A stretch of 28,840 nt of DNA from assembly GCA_044236265.1 (NCBI GenBank), contig JBIIGV010000027.1, forward strand, positions 1 through 28,840, written 5' to 3'. Below, piece by piece: positions 26,932 through 28,840 of the stretch. This DNA comes from Oligoflexales bacterium (lineage in GTDB: Bacteria > Bdellovibrionota_B > Oligoflexia > Oligoflexales > RGVZ01). The position numbers and the translations under genes were made by a program. Each line of letters begins with the position of its first letter. The stretch's first letter is position 1. The notes beneath the pieces were generated by a model. It did no database searches. It was not told where the DNA came from and worked only from the letters and a program-made list of their open reading frames with translations.

Positions 26932-28840
26932 CTAGGCCGAGGCCCTAGCCACTTTAGCGGTCGCGTGCGGCTGCCATCTGAAGATGAAAAGGGTCTTATC
27001 ATCGTCAATATGGGCGCCGTTAACAGAGGCGAGATCGACAATCATTTTTTTTACGTCGTCGACTTGGAGGTCAACTGTATGATGATTTCCGATAGCGGAT
27101 TCAAGTTTGCGGATGATGTTCGCATTCTCTCTGCTGGAAAAATTGATGCCATCACTCATCAGAATGATGATCGCTCCAGGATGCAGCTTCAATGTCGTGA
27201 CTTCGGCGTGCTTGAGCGGCACGCTCAAAACTTTAACAAAATCTGAAGATGAAGGATCGGATGGTGGTTGAATTAAAATCGGAAAGGGTGCGTTAGCCCG
27301 GTAAAATTTCAAAAGTCCTTCCTCGGGCAAAAACTCAAACCCACAAATGCTGTGGATGTCTCGCATTTGGAATCTGTCATTTAGGTAGCGTCCAATCATC
27401 TGATGGTAGGATTGAATCATAGAGTTGTTGATGGCGCGATGCTTTGAGGAGTCTCTCTCGGCCCATAAAAGGTCAGCCATCACGTTGCATATGGTTGCCT
27501 TCAGTGCTGCTTGAACTCCATGACCAGTGACGTCGTTAAGCAATGCCGTAAATACTTTTCTGTCTTGATCCCAATGGCAAAAGAACGTATCTCCCGAAAC
27601 ATAGGAGGCAGCGGACTGATAATAGTCCACGGTCAAATCGGAGGGCAGAGATGGGATCCTTAGCTGTTGGGTTTGAACTGAACGACCAAGTTCAAGCTCC
27701 ATTTCTAATTGTTTTGCTTTTGTTTGCGCTGCGGTGAGTGCTCGAACCCGATTTTCTAGCGATGAAATGTTGAAGAAGGCACTGAGGGCCAGAATAAACC
27801 CTGAGTTAAAGTGGAGGTTATTTAACGGATCGAGCCATCCGTTAGCCAGGGGAAGTTCTGGAGCCATGAACTTCAACGAAATTAACAATGACGGGACATT
27901 GGCAATTGCGGCAGATAGCAATGCCATACGCCGCCAGCGTAAATCCATGCGGCGTATGAATAAATATGAGCGCATGCAGATTATAATTCCAGCACATCCG
28001 ATCACAAATGAAGAGATGTTTAATATATGCGGATAGGCACTCGCAGGTTTATTGGCGGATATCATCGCATAAAACGCCATGGGAAAAGCCCATAAGAGAC
28101 CTGCGGTGAGCCAGCGTGAGATGGACCCAGCTCCAATTCGGGCCAGATTCACAAAAAAGTAGAGTCGGAAGATCAGTCCCAGATTGGTGAATAAAGACGC
28201 GGCGAATAGGTCCCACCAAGGACCAAGAGTCGACAGCGGAAGCCAATTTTGTTTGACAGCAATGCCTAAGGCCTCAAACCCCATGAAAAGAGCAAGACCT
28301 AGAGATTCGGATGACGAGTCAACCAGTAAGAAAAGAGCGATTGCAAAAAGAGCAAGGGTTACACGAGACACAAGCGCGATCCAATCGCCGCGACCACTTG
28401 TTTTGAGGAGTTCATTTTCATAGAACTTTTCCAACTCATGCTGCGTCGATATGAATAGCGGGCGCGATAATCCCAGTTTAAATGGTTTTGTTGGTAGCGA
28501 TTCGATCAAGAGATCAACGACTAAAGGGCTATCCGCTAAGGGCTTTGTTTCCAGAGGAAAATAAATCGGGCGACTTAGAAAAAAACGGCGCTGCAATTGC
28601 CCGTTTAGATAAACTAATGCTTTGTTGTAATTCATGTTTGGCAGGGAGACCGCCAAAGTCAGGTACTCGGAGAGATTTTTCCAAGCCGTCGACGGAACTG
28701 TGAACTGAAGTCGGAGGTATTGGGTGTCTTCACCTGTTAGGTTCAGATTAAGGACCTGTTCGCGTGAGACGGATTGCGGCTCACCAACGGTTGTAAAGTC
28801 GAGAGGCAAACAGTCAATATCTTTACCTGAGCAGCCGCGA
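26932..28840 (-). CDS. multi-TM sensor phosphatase with SpoIIE/PP2C domain (5' end outside window)
   Basis: Frame stays open upstream of 28809 to the window edge (RGCSGKDIDC). Extracellular beta-rich region, ~7 TM helices, a coiled coil, and motifs SGD, NDVTGHG, MSDG and DDKT. Confidence 0.88.
   Translation of the reverse strand, partial: RGCSGKDIDCLPLDFTTVGEPQSVSREQVLNLNLTGEDTQYLRLQFTVPSTAWKNLSEYLTLAVSLPNMNYNKALVYLNGQLQRRFFLSRPIYFPLETKPLADSPLVVDLLIESLPTKPFKLGLSRPLFISTQHELEKFYENELLKTSGRGDWIALVSRVTLALFAIALFLLVDSSSESLGLALFMGFEALGIAVKQNWLPLSTLGPWWDLFAASLFTNLGLIFRLYFFVNLARIGAGSISRWLTAGLLWAFPMAFYAMISANKPASAYPHILNISSFVIGCAGIIICMRSYLFIRRMDLRWRRMALLSAAIANVPSLLISLKFMAPELPLANGWLDPLNNLHFNSGFILALSAFFNISSLENRVRALTAAQTKAKQLEMELELGRSVQTQQLRIPSLPSDLTVDYYQSAASYVSGDTFFCHWDQDRKVFTALLNDVTGHGVQAALKATICNVMADLLWAERDSSKHRAINNSMIQSYHQMIGRYLNDRFQMRDIHSICGFEFLPEEGLLKFYRANAPFPILIQPPSDPSSSDFVKVLSVPLKHAEVTTLKLHPGAIIILMSDGINFSSRENANIIRKLESAIGNHHTVDLQVDDVKKMIVDLASVNGAHIDDDKTLFIFRWQPHATAKVARASA

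Noticed and set aside
1..28840. Many 60-160 aa antisense or off-frame ORFs, and possible CRISPR arrays, tRNAs, IS elements or tandem repeats
   Set aside because: The short ORFs are shadows of well-supported genes. By eye I found no repeat-spacer array, cloverleaf, transposase or terminal inverted repeats.

Overview
This is a gene-dense bacterial chromosomal segment. The gene mix (SpoIIE/PP2C sensor phosphatases, SBP_bac_3 protein, divergent flagellin plus MCP, CHAP lipoprotein, App1-like HAD phosphatase) suggests a Bdellovibrionota/Oligoflexia-like organism, which is an inference only. Contents in order: a minus-strand operon of pgsA, a hypothetical gene, an MBL hydrolase, a degenerate MBL paralog and a partial membrane protein; nadB; a Zn-finger protein; HAMP-PP2C plus substrate-binding protein; a HAD phosphatase; MCP plus atypical flagellin; a candidate ~140-nt sRNA; hflX and a DUF360 membrane protein; a P-type IIA ATPase; a plus-strand run of SYLF lipoprotein, SIMPL, MoxR, DUF58, transglutaminase and renalase-like genes; two small secreted Cys-rich proteins; a CHAP lipoprotein; and a partial multi-TM PP2C. 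I saw no rRNA, tRNA, CRISPR array or mobile element. The most interesting items are (1) an unannotated minus-strand transcription unit at ~12421-12558 with a sigma70-like promoter, three hairpins, an anti-Shine-Dalgarno tract and a strand-specific terminator, (2) a coupled active plus pseudo-enzyme MBL-fold pair, and (3) a small putative sigma28 regulon that includes a highly divergent flagellin. All family calls come from motif recognition by eye, with no database searches.
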